The notes: a model not told the origin generated them from the sequence alone. A stretch of DNA of 64,000 bases from Perna viridis (GCA_037379345.1 CM074515.1:10602001-10666000); one strand, 5' to 3'. Positions 39,225-53,326 are shown, counted from the first letter of the stretch. Translations and numbers: made by a program.

Positions 39225-39720
39225 AGAATAGGCCTGCAGCAGCGCTAAGCTTGTCGTAAAAGGCGACTAAATAGTGCTCAGAACCCTAGCCGGGGGCTAG
39301 GGCACTCTGCCCACAGAGCAACTGGGATGTGTGCTCCAGGTGGTGGAATGGGGTACCCCTGGTGTGTTACATGCTGGGGTTGTCAGGCTATAATACGGAA
39401 AACCTGACCGCTAACCATAGTGGTGCACTGTGTTGGGAAAAATGCCACGTTCCTCGCACGTTAAAGAACCCTACTGTGGTATTCTCCCAGAGTAGGAACC
39501 ATAGGGCCCCCCCACAGGAGGTTAAATTGCCCGACCCTACCCACCTCTCCCTATTTCCAGTGGCAATCAAAATTGGCCGACCCCACATTGTCCTTGTGTC
39601 CCATCCCTTTTTTCATTTCATCATTTCATGTTCATTTTATCATCCACTTCATGTTCATCATCTGAATATAGCTGAAATATTGCTGCTCGGACGTTAAAAC
39701 CCAACAAACAAACAAACAAA
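39225..39720 (+). mobile_element. SINE-like non-autonomous retroposon with (CAAA)n tail
   Basis: Homologous to 46185-46605. Contains GCACGTTAAAGAACCC and a 3' GCTGAAATATTGCTG...GTTAAA tail plus microsatellite, as in molluscan SINEs. Confidence 0.8.
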
Positions 39721-40306
39721 CATGAATTTTTTTGTATCTAATGGTGGAAATTTGTCAAACTACATAATTATATTAATGAAGTATGTCTTATGAAAAACAA
39801 TTTACAATAAAGTACAAAGCAATCAGATTGGTTTAGATCTGGTTACCATAGCAACCAAAATTCTTAATTTTTGACAATTTGAAATGTACGAAAATAGGCT
39901 ATGTTCAGACCTGTTTTGCTAACAAGAGCAAGAAGATATTAATTAAATGTATGCATGGATGTGTAGTAGGTGCTCTCCATTGAAACATATAAAAAATAAA
40001 AATATGTTGCATGTCTTTGTTTTTTGCTCATCTGCACCCAAATCACCCCCTGTAAGGACTTTTCTTCTTCTTAACGTTTTTCATACAAAATTTGTCCATA
40101 CCATAACGCTTTTTGTCTTTTTGACCTAGACTTCTAATATTTAGTATGTTGGTATATCCTCTCAAGGTGGAGTGTTGTGTACCAGAATAGATGAAATTTT
40201 ACCGGAATTTAACCTGTTAACCACATGGTCAAATAAGATACACATTTTGGCAAAATACCACCAAACCTGTGCCATAACTTTTTTGCCTTTTTACTAAGAT
40301 ATCTGA

Positions 40307-40490
40307 CAGGTGCGTAGCTGCCGGTAGGCAAAAAAGCTTTTGCCTGCACTTAATTTTGCCAATTTTTCTTTTTTTGGGAGATAAAACGCTATCTCCGTGT
40401 AGCTTTGAAGGGAGGGGGGGGGGCTTCGCCCTCCTGGACCCCCTGCCATAATTTTGCCTACACTTCAATTTGGCCTCAGCTATGCGCCTG
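40307..40490. mobile_element. 184-bp MITE with 14-bp TIRs and a 5-bp TSD
   Basis: TCTGA|CAGGTGCGTAGCTG ... CAGCTATGCGCCTG|TCTGA (TSD at 40302-40306 and 40491-40495). Confidence 0.85.
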
Positions 40491-40787
40491 TCTGACATTT
40501 GGTATATGTGTATTTCATGCCAAGGTTGAGTGTGATGTACCAATTAAGGTGTGTGACTTTTGAACATGACCTTTGACCTTATGGTCAAATGACTTACACA
40601 AATTTGGCTTAAGTTCATGACTGATTTCATGCAATATTTCACCTCGCAGTATGTCGTAAATGTAAAGAATCACTTGCCCTTTATCACCTGATTGTGCGCA
40701 ACTCCAGTAGCAGTACTAATCTTTTACATCTGTTATGGAATATGGGTTCTCTTAGTTTCAAAGGAGAAGAACTCTGAGCTTAAATAA

Positions 40788-41030
40788 TTATACCCCACGC
40801 AATGCAGTTGTGCAGGGTAAAATGTGTTTGACCCGTCCGTCTGACCGTCAGTCCATCAGTCCATCTTAAGTTTTCCAGACTTTTTTTTTAAACACTTGCA
40901 GATATTGAAATATTTTTTTGGTTAATAAGTTCACCATGATAAGTTAAAGGACAAGTATACTTTTCGATAATTTTTCCCAAAATTACGGGCTCTGTAATCA
41001 TTAAATTCACAGAAATAAGCGTTTTCCTGA
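40788..41030 (+). mobile_element. 5' fragment of a second Helentron/DINE-1-like family
   Basis: TTATACCCCACGCAATGCAGTTGTGCAGGGTA stem followed by a (CCGT/CTGA)n-like tract. Confidence 0.55.
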
Positions 41031-41170
41031 CATAAAGTAAGTCCTAACAAAGTCAGAATTGAAGTATTCTTTGAGTCAAAATTGTTGGACAAATCCTTGT
41101 TTGCATTATTGCCCTTGAAAGGCAAAAATTTAACCAGGTGAGCGATTCAGGCTCCTAGGGGCCCCTTGTT
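41030..41170 (+). mobile_element. 3' end of a Helentron/HINE-type element (probably belongs to 37953-39170)
   Basis: TTATTGCCCTTGAAAGGCAAAAATTTAACCAGGTGAGCGATTCAGGCTCCTAGGGGCCCCTTGTTTT. Confidence 0.8.
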
Positions 41171-44100
41171 TTTTATTGGATTCCATATGAAAATCACTAC
41201 CTACTGTTTATCAATCAAATTTTTGATATCTCTTACGGTTTTAGAGTTATAGCAGATAAATGGACCACACTCTCAAAAATTGACTTTTTAATTTTTCCGG
41301 CCCATAAGAAAATTCCTGTCTACAGTTGTCAGTCAGACCAGATATGCCTGATTATTTTCAAGTTACCATATTTTGGTGTGTACAATATGCATTTATGTAT
41401 TGTATGCAGTGCAGTTTTGAAGGTCAAGATGTGTGAAAATTTTTTTTTAAAATTTAGTAATTTAGTAAAATTTTGAAAGACAAAAGATTGATATTTTGCG
41501 CTTGATCAGTCAATTTATTTACCTTGATGTGGTAATTCAATACTTAAAGATGTATTTGATGATTAGATAATCTTTCTTCCAGTAAAATTTCACTTCCAGT
41601 TTGTTTGTTTACATAACGCAATGTCTTTTCTTGTACGAAAATGTTTTATCTCATGGCCAATTCTTATAAATTGATGCATAATACACACCTCCATGCTCTG
41701 GAAATGATTTCCATGTAAAAATGTGTGCATGATACTCACCAAAATATGGTATAAGGGCTTAAATGGGCCACATCCCAAAAAAATGACTTCTTTATTTTTG
41801 GTATGATTTTGAAATTTTTTTTATTGGATTCCTTGAAAATCGCTGACTGCATTTGTCATTCAGATTTCAGATATCTTGTAAGGTTTTTGAGTTATAAGGG
41901 GTCAAATAGGCCACACCTGGAAAAAATTGATATTTTTTGTCAAATTTGTGCTATATTGTGTCCAAACCTGATGTGTCCATTAGGAATGCAAGTCCCTATG
42001 GTTAAGTGTGTCAGAAACTAAAATATTGTGTCCACACTTGCCGTAACTGTTCAGAGTTTGGCCACTGCAGTCATATCATGCTGTGCTTGGCAGAGCTTTT
42101 TATGATATACTTTCAGGGGTCTTAAAATTCATTTTTATATACTTTAGAGGATGTTTTTAGAGCTCTTAATTCCACCTACTGTTATCGCTTAGTGTCTGTT
42201 CTCTTAGAAGTACAATGTTTCCAGGCTCTCTAGAGCCTCTAGTTAGATTACAGCATACAAATGGGAGAAAATGTTAGAAAAAGTATGATATTGTGTAGTT
42301 CATGTAAATGTGTAATTATATATCTATTATAGTAACACTCAGATCAACATAATTCATTGGTTCAGATATTGATTGATTCATGTACTACATGTACATGTAA
42401 ATCGTAGGACTTAATTTGGTAAGTAAAAAATGTACTAAATATTTCAGTAGTAAGAAGCTTGTCCTTCCATCCAGGAAAAAAACTCGCTAAATATTTGTCT
42501 TCCTTTCCTTGACTTACAATCAAAAGAGAAGTTCATATGAACCTTTTTACTTCTCTCATGTATCTATTTTAAACAGGAAGTGCTGCTTTCAAGGTCAATG
42601 AACAAAAATGCTTCAAATTTTCTAGAAGGTTACTTTGAATGATTTAAATGCATCAATTGTAGAATTTGTGTCTAAAAAAAATGTATATATTAACAAAACA
42701 AGTCTTGCCAGCATAAGATTGGCTGCATATCTCAGACAGTGATTTCGTATATTGCGCAATAGGAGTTTTCCAAGTCACTGAGGACATGCATGAAGTTGAA
42801 GCATTGATTCTATACATCATTGAAGGAGAATTGATAGCATGATATGTTAAAAATGAACAAATTGAACATGTACTGCTGTTATTTCCCTATTTAAGCAAAC
42901 TGAATAGGAAATAAAAATTTTCATTAGGAATCTAATCTTTGTAATTGCAAAAAACAGGACGAGGTAGAATTAACTTGTTGGTTCTCACGCCATTCTCGTC
43001 AGATTCCGATACATCTTTCTTTCCAAGATAAAACCTAATTAATAAAATTTTCAATATGATCAGTTCCATTTATGTACTTTGTACCCAGGAATATGACGAT
43101 CTCTATAGAATTAATCAATTTGACACATTCTATTATATATGTTCCATGTGAGTAATCGCCTTTTTGATTACAGCGTCCAAATTGAAATGATAGCATCTTC
43201 ATGTGCGATCTTGCCACCACAAAATAACCTTCTATAAATATACATCATTTTTTGTGTTAATCTGGCCAACTAAAGGGCATTTCTTCCAGTTTCTCATTTA
43301 GACAGCTAATTTATAATTTCCACTTGTTTAGATGATTATATTGGTGCATTAAGTTGGATTTATCTGTGTTTTCTACAAATTTCATCAGATGATAAGTAGG
43401 TGATTGATTAAAAATCAATGGCTACATGTCCGGGACACTGTTGATTAATCTGAAGGACAGTATGTCTGATCAAATAGCAAGTTTAGTTGTTGAATGAGTA
43501 TCATTTTTAAAAATTTTTTTTTCTTTGTAATGATTTGACAGATGTGTTGAATGCTGGATTTTCTTACTATTATTGATGGTCCTTATTTTCGGTTTATAGA
43601 TTAGATTTGGTATTCAATATCACTTTTGGTTTGAATTGGTCTTCCTTCCTGGTCATCCTTGTATTGTCGCTTAATTAGGTTATGTTGACTGGGATGGTAT
43701 AACAAAAGGACTGTCAATCGTTGACCAGTATTGTGACATTTGCTTTCAATTCATTGGTATATAACTTTTATGAATGGGGCAATTTGATGAACACACACTG
43801 GGATATAGAACTAGGTTTTGTCTATCTGTTCATAGTATATCACTTGGACTACAGTTATTGTAGCTCCAAGACTTTTCATAATAATACCTTTCCTGAAGGC
43901 CATCGCTGTTCATTGTAGATTGTTAATGATTAGTCATCCCAGGAGAGATTGAATTGAACTCATTCCTCTATGATTGATTAATAATCAAGTTAAGTAATGA
44001 TATATGATTCTATCTTCCTTGAATAGGAGAAATACAGAATACATTTGTTGCAGTACAGAATATAGTGTTTTGGTACAGAGAAATATTCTGATGAAGAAGT

Positions 44101-44494
44101 CAATATTGGTTTAGAGAACATTGTAAATAGAAATTGTTTGAGTCTGCCTTTCTCCTCTTCTTTTGTGCATTCTTAAACTCCATATCTTGTGTCTGATTAT
44201 TTTACTATCATCTGAAGAAAGTATTCGTCTTAGCTTTATTTTAGTGATGTAGGTGTGATCATGAAAATAAAATTGTCGTAAGATTTCCTTTACGGTCAAG
44301 ATTGCATTGAACTGTTTTTTGTTCATACACAAATGTACAAGTTGTTTTGTAAAGTTAGAAATTCAAGATAAAATATTAATCATTTCAATTTTTATTTTGT
44401 CAAGGACAGTTTTAAACTCTTAACTTTAAGTTTTTAGTATTTTTCACCGGAGTCCATACTTGGGGGTTTCCCAATGAATTTCAATGTACCTGTT

Positions 44495-44682
44495 CGATAG
44501 ACTAATCAAGATTACCAAGATTCTAGCAGAAATCAAAAGAATGTAATCCAGGGACAAAGACCAGTCATGGAAAACAGACACACACAACAAGGAACATAAA
44601 ATAACCAAAATTACTAAGTAACAAAAGTAAATGACCAACTCAGATTCCACTAAAAACTGGACCATAGACCAGGTGCACCAGT
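44495..44682 (-). mobile_element. 3' tail fragment of the Penelope-like family
   Basis: Reverse-complement homologue of 22860-23038. Confidence 0.8.
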
Positions 44683-46159
44683 AAACAAATAGTTTGAAAG
44701 GGATTTAAAGCTAATTCTGGCATTTAAAGTACATTTGCGACAAACATTGTTTCCAATTTTCCTTTACAGGCCGGAAAGGTTCATCTTAATTGCTGAGGGG
44801 CACGGTGTTCAGGTCCACAACCAGAGGATGAGTAATAGTATTATAATTACATGTATCCCTCCTTGGAAGCTAAGAAGATTAAAAACTACTTAAATTTAGT
44901 TAAGGACTGTTCAAATTAGGAAAATGTTGCCATATTAACTCCCCTTTAAAAAATTGCTGTCTTTTGGCCAGATATCCCCCTATTTCAGGTTAGCTGGGAC
45001 ACTGATTATTTTATTGGTGTGTAAGATGTTGTGGGAATTTTCTTCTTGCTTAATTCCATATCTGTACACAGTCTACTGATTCTGTAGCTTTAAGTCCTGT
45101 TTATAATGATTGATTTTTCTATTGCATGTTGTAGTTAGTCAATTTGAAATACTTTTATTTGCAGTTTGAATTTTTGTTTGCAGTTGAGCTTTCCTCTGAA
45201 CTAATCCCTATATCTCAGATTTGAAATGTATTAAGCTAAAAGGGTAAATGCAGAGTTGTGAATTAGTTTCTGTGATTTAAACAGATAACACTGTGTCATA
45301 AAGCCATTATTTCTATCAATTCACAGTATCATTATGTGCAAACAAAATAGAATCATTTTCTATGTGAATGTCGGAGTTAATAATAAAAAATGCATATTTT
45401 CCCAAAACAGAACTTTGTAATTAGATTTTCTGTATAGGAATTTCATAGACTGTAAAGTTTTGGTGTGTTTTCACATGGGGTAGCTAAACAAATATCTCCA
45501 GTATGGATACGATCTGTAATGAAATTAAAAGTCATCTACAGGTTTGCTATCGTATCATTCTATTCCCTAAAGAACCCTACTTGCCATGACAATGTCATCA
45601 ATGTAGTAATTGACTATTTATAATTATCTCCTTTCCATATCTTAACCATATTTGTGTAGTGCTACAATCATTCATCAAAATTGGTAATCAAAATTTATAT
45701 GTTTTTAGAAGAAGAGCATTGACAAGAGATTGAGATCACCAACATACTGTATTTTTATCAGAATTATGTTAGGTTTCTCACTGATCTACATTTCTGAAAA
45801 TGTCATCTAGATCTGAGTCATAATGTGAAGGAGGGATTTTTTTTACCCTAATCCATCACTGACGTCAAGATGCAGATGCATGTGACTTTTTTGTGTGTCA
45901 AATTTGCAGCGTGAAATACCAATTTTATGAAATATATTCCTATTGGAATATTTTGATATAACATGACTGTCTAAAAAAATGTCTTAAAGTTCTTACTACT
46001 AGGATAATTTATTTGAAAGTGTGAATAACCAAAATATTATCACTAGTGCTGAAGAATGCCCAGATTTAACAAATGTGAGAAACTTGTTCCATGCACGAGT
46101 TCAGTCTTAATGCATTCTTGGCACAAGTGATCATATTTTAGTTATTTACAATAACCAAT

Positions 46160-46605
46160 GCCCCGTGCACGTCCGGATGTCAAAAGAATAGACCTGCAGC
46201 AGCGCTAACTGGGGTGTGTGCCCCAGGTGGTGGAATGTGGTAACCTTGGCATGTTACATGCTTGGGTTGTCAGGCTATAATACGAAAAACCTGACTGCAA
46301 ATCATAGTGGTTCTCCATGTTGGGAAAGATGCTACGTTCCTAGCACGTTAAAGAACCCTGCTGTGGTATTTGATAGGAGTACGAACCTTTGCGCTCTGCC
46401 ACAGGAGGCTAAATTGCCCGACCCTACCTGCCTCCCTCTGTTAACAGTGGCAGTCAGAGTTTTTCGACCCCGTTGTCCTTGTGTCCCATCCCATTTTTCA
46501 TTTCATCATCGTTTCATGATCATTTTATCATCCATTTCATGTTCATTGCCTGAATATAGCTGAAATATTGCTGCTCGAGTGTTAAACCCCAAAAATCAAT
46601 CAATC
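46160..46605 (+). mobile_element. SINE-like retroposon with a 12-bp TSD and (CAAT)n tail
   Basis: ACAATAACCAAT at 46148-46159 and 46606-46617. Homologous to 39225-39720. Confidence 0.88.
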
Positions 46606-48777
46606 ACAATAACCAATTGATTATCCTGTTTATTATGTATATTTCCTCCATTATTCCAATATTAAATTTTAAATTATTATTACGGTGGATTGATATTCAT
46701 GTTATAATGTTTAGGCTGGAGAAAGTCCAAGAGTAAAATTTATAGAATTTATTTCACAGTATGAATTTTCAAATTTTTTTACACAGGGTAAATTTGGTAA
46801 ATCACTGCTTTTTATATGATAATTAGATTGAACACACACTGTATCATCTATTGACAAACAATTTTAGACAGTTAACATACTTGAAAAAAAATGTCATATG
46901 ACAGTCAGAAACCTATTAGCTTCTGTATTTTTGGATGCTAGAGAACATGATAGCCCATAGGCTTCTAGCAATGAAAAATATGACACCATAACCAAGTTTA
47001 GTTTTTGCAGATTTCGTTGGATAGATATATATATATATATTGGTATTTTTTGTTGGATGAAATGTTTTTTTGTATCAATGATTTTTGTTGATACTATTGT
47101 ATACTGTTTTTGCACTTTTACGTCAACTTTTATAGGAAAGTTAGAAAATCCAAAAAATATATTACATTTATACACATACATGCATGTAACTTTTATTATT
47201 ACAGATCTGTCTTAGTAATTCAGTGATAAGTATGAAAATTTGAAGAATGTGTTAACTTAATGTTTAACGTAATGCTGGATTGGGCTGGTCATGGAGGGCT
47301 TTGTGGATTTTTATGAATTGATTTTTTATAATCTACTTACAGCAGAACTGAGAAATGTTTTTTAAGACATCTGCTTGATTGAATGGGTCATATTTACTTT
47401 CCGATTAAAAATTCTTAAAAAATTGTAATAGGATTTCTTATAAAAGGATCTGATGTGTTGGGTTGAATGTGTTGTAATGAGGTCCTGAATGGTTATTGTC
47501 AAAAGCAACATTAATAAAGCGAGAAATGTAATGAACAAAAAAAGATTTAATTTTGTGTAACAATTGCAAGGCTTGAGAGGTTGTCGCTTGCTGCCGGCGG
47601 GAGATTTATCAAGTTATTGTATGCCTCTAAGGTTTCTAAGCCAAAAATTGTGTTTGTTTAATATTTTGGACATGTGTTACATTTTGAGTCACATGCCGTT
47701 ATGGGTTTTCACAAAAAATGATAAATGTTGTGCTTTTTAAGGGCATACTGTGTGCACTTAATCCAGACAAGATATTAATCACTGTGCATTAAACTTCATC
47801 TTTATTATGGTTGGGGTCCTATCTTTAGACCAAACAGCAGCACAATTATTTACGTTTTTAAGTATATTTTAATCAAGGTAACACTGAACAGAAAGTAATC
47901 TAGTAGGTAGGACTTGCATTTATATGTTTTCAAATACATGTACATATAAGACTGTACATGTAGTTTTTACTTTTTATATCCCACAAACAGTTTTACATGC
48001 AGATTTTAATGAGCTGCATATCTCTCTTCAAAGATATTCTTTGAATTTTAAGGCCATCAGGATTAATTGTACAGAATTGAAAGTTCTGCTAAATTGTACT
48101 TCATACATTGTATAGACCAGTTGTAGCTAGCATGAAGAATAAGTCACTTCTCTGTTCTAACCTCTTTACATATATAACTGTTTATACAGCAGATCTTTGA
48201 TATTTTCAAGTTAAAATGTAAATTCCAGCTGGAGAAGTATTGAATATCTTCTGGTTCTCCTTGACTTAGTACTCAGTAGGACATGGTAATGTTTCAGTCA
48301 AGTAAAAGACCCCAATCCACCACGCTACCTATGTGGTAGAGAAAACGAGTTGTTACAAGATTTTAAATCTTTTGATCTTTTTTCATACTTGGCTACATTT
48401 TGTATTGATTCTAAGAAAATCTGGATACCAAACTGGAAATTTGATCGTTTCCCATTGTGAAGATCTTGGTATTCCACAACATGCAACACTCTGTAAAGAT
48501 ATTAATTGGCTAGCAAATGAACTGTGCTCGTTTAATGCAGGAAATGTGAAAATGGATTTTAGTTAAGTGAACATTTATATTAAAGAAGCAAGAGCGACAC
48601 AGAGTGAATGATGATTCTTTCAGTTTATTGATGTGGAACCAGCTTAACACTGGCAATCTTTTCTGCCTTTCTTAGAAAGTTGTGGACACCTCTTGTGCAT
48701 TTAAATTGATATTTTAGTGTTAAAATAGATTGGTTGGGGTTGAATTGGTGATGAATTGTCTTGTTGTCAAAATGAAT

Positions 48778-49178
48778 TGACTTGATTCTCTACCCAGTAG
48801 AATACAACTGACTTGATTCTCCACCCAGTGGAATACAACTGACTTGATTCTCTACCAAATAGAATGTGACTGACTTGATTCTCTACCTAGTAGAATGTGA
48901 CTGACTTGATTCACTGCCCAATAGATTATGACTGACGACTCTCCACCCAGTATATTACGACTGACATGATTCTCTATCCAGTAGAATATGACTGACATGA
49001 TTCTCTACCCCAGTAGAATACAACTGACTTGATTCTCTACCAAATAGAATATGACTGACTTGATTCTCTACCCAGCAGAATACGACTGACTTGACTCTCC
49101 ACCCATTAGATTACGATTGACATGATAATCTACCCAGCAGAATATGACTTGACATGATTCTCTACCCAGTAGAATACT
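48778..49178. repeat. 31-bp minisatellite, about 13 units
   Basis: TGACTTGATTCTCTACCCAGTAGAATA(C/T)GAC repeated. Confidence 0.95.
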
Positions 49179-49799
49179 ACTCTCTGTTCACTAGTTTGTT
49201 TGATATCTTCCCTTTTACAAGACCTTTTAAGCAGTGATAAATTTATCAAGGTGTTCAGTGATCATTTTAAGATTTCTGGAAAATCCTTCATTTGCTCTTC
49301 TCTTCTATTAAGCTGTTTATTCCATTCTTTTTGATGTTATGTACAAAATTGTTTCAGGAACTAAACTAAATATATTTTAATGATACGGTCTTTACTGACA
49401 AGAACATTTTACTAAATGCTAATTACAAACTGAAGGATTTTAGAATTCCTGTTTACCTTCACCCATGGAAAGGTAGATTAAGGTCATGGAAAGCTATATT
49501 TGAAAGTTTTTATTGGTTGAAAAGTGAATTTTCATGTCAAACCAACCCACTAAATTTGCATTTAAAAGAGTTGTGACTATCTTGTCAAAAATGAAGCATG
49601 ATTTAAACAAAAATGCAGGAGCACTTTGTTCACATGATGATTTGAAAATACTACTAATTCTTTAGTAATTCTTTAGAAATTTGATAAAATTGTACTACTG
49701 TATACCTACAATGTAGTTTTTGTTATTCATTGATAACAGATAATGCCAGTGTGAATTTTATCATTATAAATTGACTGTACATTACATGTTAGCTATAGA

Positions 49800-50340
49800 T
49801 TCATATAGTGCACTGCATTGGTAGCTGTATAAACATACATGTAGTGTACTGAAATGAAAGTTTTATAAACATACTTGTAGTATACTGCATTGGGAGCTGT
49901 TGAACATACATGTAGTGTACTGAAATAAAAGTTTTGTAAACATACATGTAATGTACTGAAATGCAAGTTTTATAAATGTACATTTAGTGTACTGAAATGA
50001 AAGTTTTATAACATACATGTACTGAAATGAAAGTTTTATAACATACATGTAGTGTACTGAAATGAAAGTTCTATAGCATTCATATAGTGTACTGCATTGG
50101 GAGCTGTATGAACATACATGTAGTGTACTGAAATGAAAGTTATATACATATATGTAGTGTACTGAATTGAAAATTTTATAAATATACATGTAGTGGACTG
50201 CATTGTTAGCTAAATAAACTTGCATGTAGTGGACAGCAGTGTTAGCTAAATAAACTTGCATGTAGTGGACTGTAGTGTTGGCGAAATGAACTTGCACGTA
50301 GTGGACGGCAGTGTTAGCTGAATAAACTTGAATATAGTGT
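49800..50340. repeat. About 36-bp minisatellite, about 15 units with three variant types
   Basis: Core CATGTAGTG(T/G)ACTG followed by either CATTGGGAGCTG, AAATGAAAGTTTTA or CAGTGTTAGCTAAA. Confidence 0.92.
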
Positions 50341-53205
50341 TGGGTAGGTTCGGGCTATTATTGGTGAATTATAAGAGGGGCAGAACCAACCACTGAAATC
50401 CCTGGAAACATCCAGGAAATTCAGTTATTATCAGATATTGAAAACATATAGAAATTAGTATTAGAATTCTTTGTCATGTTTTCCAATGCTTAGAACTTCC
50501 TCATGTGAAAAATCAAGTTAAGGTTTAGTGAGAGAAAAAAAAAACTGCCTGGTACCACCATAATTCTCCATTATGTAAATTCTTACAGTGATTCATTCAA
50601 GAGAAATAATCCTTTAAATTTTCACCCAGGAAATCTATTGAAATGTTGAACACAGATTGACAGCGATCTCATAATATTTTTGCAATAATGTCATATTTTG
50701 TCTGAAAGTGACTTTAAAAGCAAAGATATAATTCTGATTATTTCTATCACTAGCCCTTCTATCACTCATAGTTAATTAATATTTTACAAAAAATTGATGA
50801 AACATTATATTTTAGTCACATGCAGCTGTATAATATTGATTGATTGAAAGGAATCTATTGTGGCATGTTTTGAATGTGAATTTATTTGTATTGAATGATA
50901 CAGTTTAAACGGATATAAGGTCAATTTTTGTTTCCAGAGATGAATGGATATTCTATTATAGTAAGATTTAATACCACGTAGGGTTTTGTAATAAGGCAAG
51001 TGATATTGTTATGGTCTCTGTCAGTTCTGTATTTACCTGCTTGGGTGGTAGAATATGTTGACAGTTTGAGTGATGAGTTAATTACTCCTGGATTTCTAAG
51101 TCAATTTACCCAGTTGAAGTCTACTTTAAAAAGTACCAGTATGATGATGATGTCAAACTCATAAATACAAGTACTGATGGGCAGCCCACCTTGTACATTT
51201 TTGGAAAATGGGAATTCTGTAGAATTATAAGTTCTGGGTGACACGAAGAAGTTCAGTACTTACATTTATATTCTACAGTGCAAAAAAAACCCATAACCTT
51301 ATAGGTGTATAGGTACATGCTTAAAACAAAATTGTGGTATGGCTCACCATAAACTGGCTGCTAAATTGGCAATGTTTTATTTACTGTAAAACATGAATTT
51401 CTTTATGGCAGTTGAATTTTCACTATTTTCACAGATAAATAAAATAATTTTGATTTGAGATTTCAAAACTGTGCACAATTATATTGATAGCTTATACTGC
51501 AAAAAATTTCCCTTTTTTTCAGCAAGCAATTGATCTCCACATGGTTTTACATGTACATGTATGTGTCTCTTGGAATGTTTATACTTACTTATACAAATAA
51601 ACTTAATGAAACCATTTAGATCATTGAAAATTCTATTTTAATGGTGGATACTATATTTCATAAGTGCTTGTTATGTCACAAACTTTCTCATTTACATTTT
51701 GTATTTTTGTCAAGACAAAATGATGTATTATGCTGCATTTTTTCTAGCTTTTGATAGAGAGTACCTGGCTATACAAAATGATTTGATACATGTATGTAGG
51801 TTTACTTGTATAGAAAATTAAAAGAAAGATTCTAACAAGGACAACAAAGGCTTCAGATATCCTCAGAAGGTACAGAGAAATCTGAAACACCTGCCTCTTT
51901 ATTTTCATGTCTTCTGTCCTGTAACCTTCAAGGTCAAACTTAAACAATTGATTCCTTCAAAAAAGTTGTAAATTGTTGCATGTGAGTAAAAATGGTGGAA
52001 ATTTCTTGTGATGGAAAGATGCAAGCATTCAATTGAGTATTGATCAAAGGCAATCTAGAATAGGAAGCTGGCGATTGATGCACCACCGCATCAGGCTGAG
52101 TTATGTGTAGCCATTTACGGAACTTAATTAATTTTCACCTCCAAATTGGTTAAAAAAATTGATAGGGCTTGGACAGCAGTGAAAAAACAACTGTAAGTTG
52201 ATTTAATTTTACAATTTTATGAGCTTTTATCCTTTTATAGATGATAATTTGGTTTTTGTGGCTGTTTTTATTGTGCATCTGATGCCTGCTGGTAATTGTC
52301 AATAAATTTATCAAGTTTTGTCACGGTTCACATAGCAAGAAAGACTTTTGTGTACTGATCATAAAGGTTGAAATACCTTCTACATTAACACAGATGCTTT
52401 ATTTCTAAACAAATTGTATTCATTGTCATTGTTTATAGGCTTTAAGCTGTTTCAGAGAAGATTATGATAGTAAGAATAGCTTTATAATGCTATCATCTGA
52501 ACGTTTATTGCATATATATTGTATAATATGAAAATAGATACTCAGCATTGTGTTAGGAGTAAGATGGGGACAAATACTAGTAGTATGCTTTGTATGAATT
52601 GTTTCATTTTCACTTCCAGTTTACTCTTATGTTGTTGGAGTACATTGGGGCAACTATTTTGCTGCACTTGTGTATAATATTCTTTCCATGCCAACTACAG
52701 CCTGCCCTGTGGTATGAGGGTTTCCTCCTCATTCAATGAAGACCCATCGGTGGCCTAAAGCTGACATTTTTCATCCTGTTAGGGTTGTTGTCACTTTGAC
52801 ATGATCACCATATCAATTCTAATTATATTTGTTACAATAAGGCTTCAGAGTTGGATACTTTTGTGTTCTGTTACAGTATGAGGTGTGTCACTCTATTCAT
52901 CTTCAAATCAAAGTTGGTTTTAAAATAGAAAAGTTTTTGTCTTCAAAGGGTAAAGACTAAACAAGAGTGGAGCATATAGGTAAAAGAAGAAATAGTCAAT
53001 TTCTGAATTATACTGTTAGTCAATGTACTACTTTTAGTGAAGGAACATGCATGTACAGTTACTCATGATTAATGTTTTAAATTCAAGTGTCTTTCCTTAG
53101 TTATTTTTGATTTGGATTGAAAACTTAGATGTTAACTAAAACATGGTGGTATGTCAATCTTGCTGGTTAAACAAAATATACATATAGGTAAACTGGTTAC
53201 AATCA

Positions 53206-53326
53206 TACCATCCACTCACTACAGAGGGGGTCTACAACACTCTGTTTATCTGTTAATACCCTGCCACTCACTACAGAGGAGCTAGACAACATTATCTGTT
53301 TATACCCCCACTCACTACAGAGGGGC
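53206..53326. repeat. Degenerate tandem repeat, about 45-52 bp x2.5
   Basis: CCACTCACTACAGAGG x3 with related intervening sequence. Confidence 0.8.

Noticed and set aside
39329-39697. Similar 115-122-aa ORFs here and at 46216-46563
   Set aside because: Two copies of one SINE-like repeat. Non-ATG starts, frames diverge at the 3' end, and no recognisable domain.
44770-44832. Candidate + strand exon after TTTCCTTTACAG
   Set aside because: Good acceptor but no convincing donor and no recognisable peptide. It cannot be supported without RNA-seq.
48778-49178. CRISPR-like periodicity (also 53206-53326 and 57618-58470)
   Set aside because: Whole units are repeated with no unique spacers, there are no cas genes, and the context is eukaryotic. 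These are minisatellites.
49801-50297. Repetitive ORFs (VHYM repeats)
   Set aside because: Read-through of the 36-bp minisatellite with frame-breaking units.
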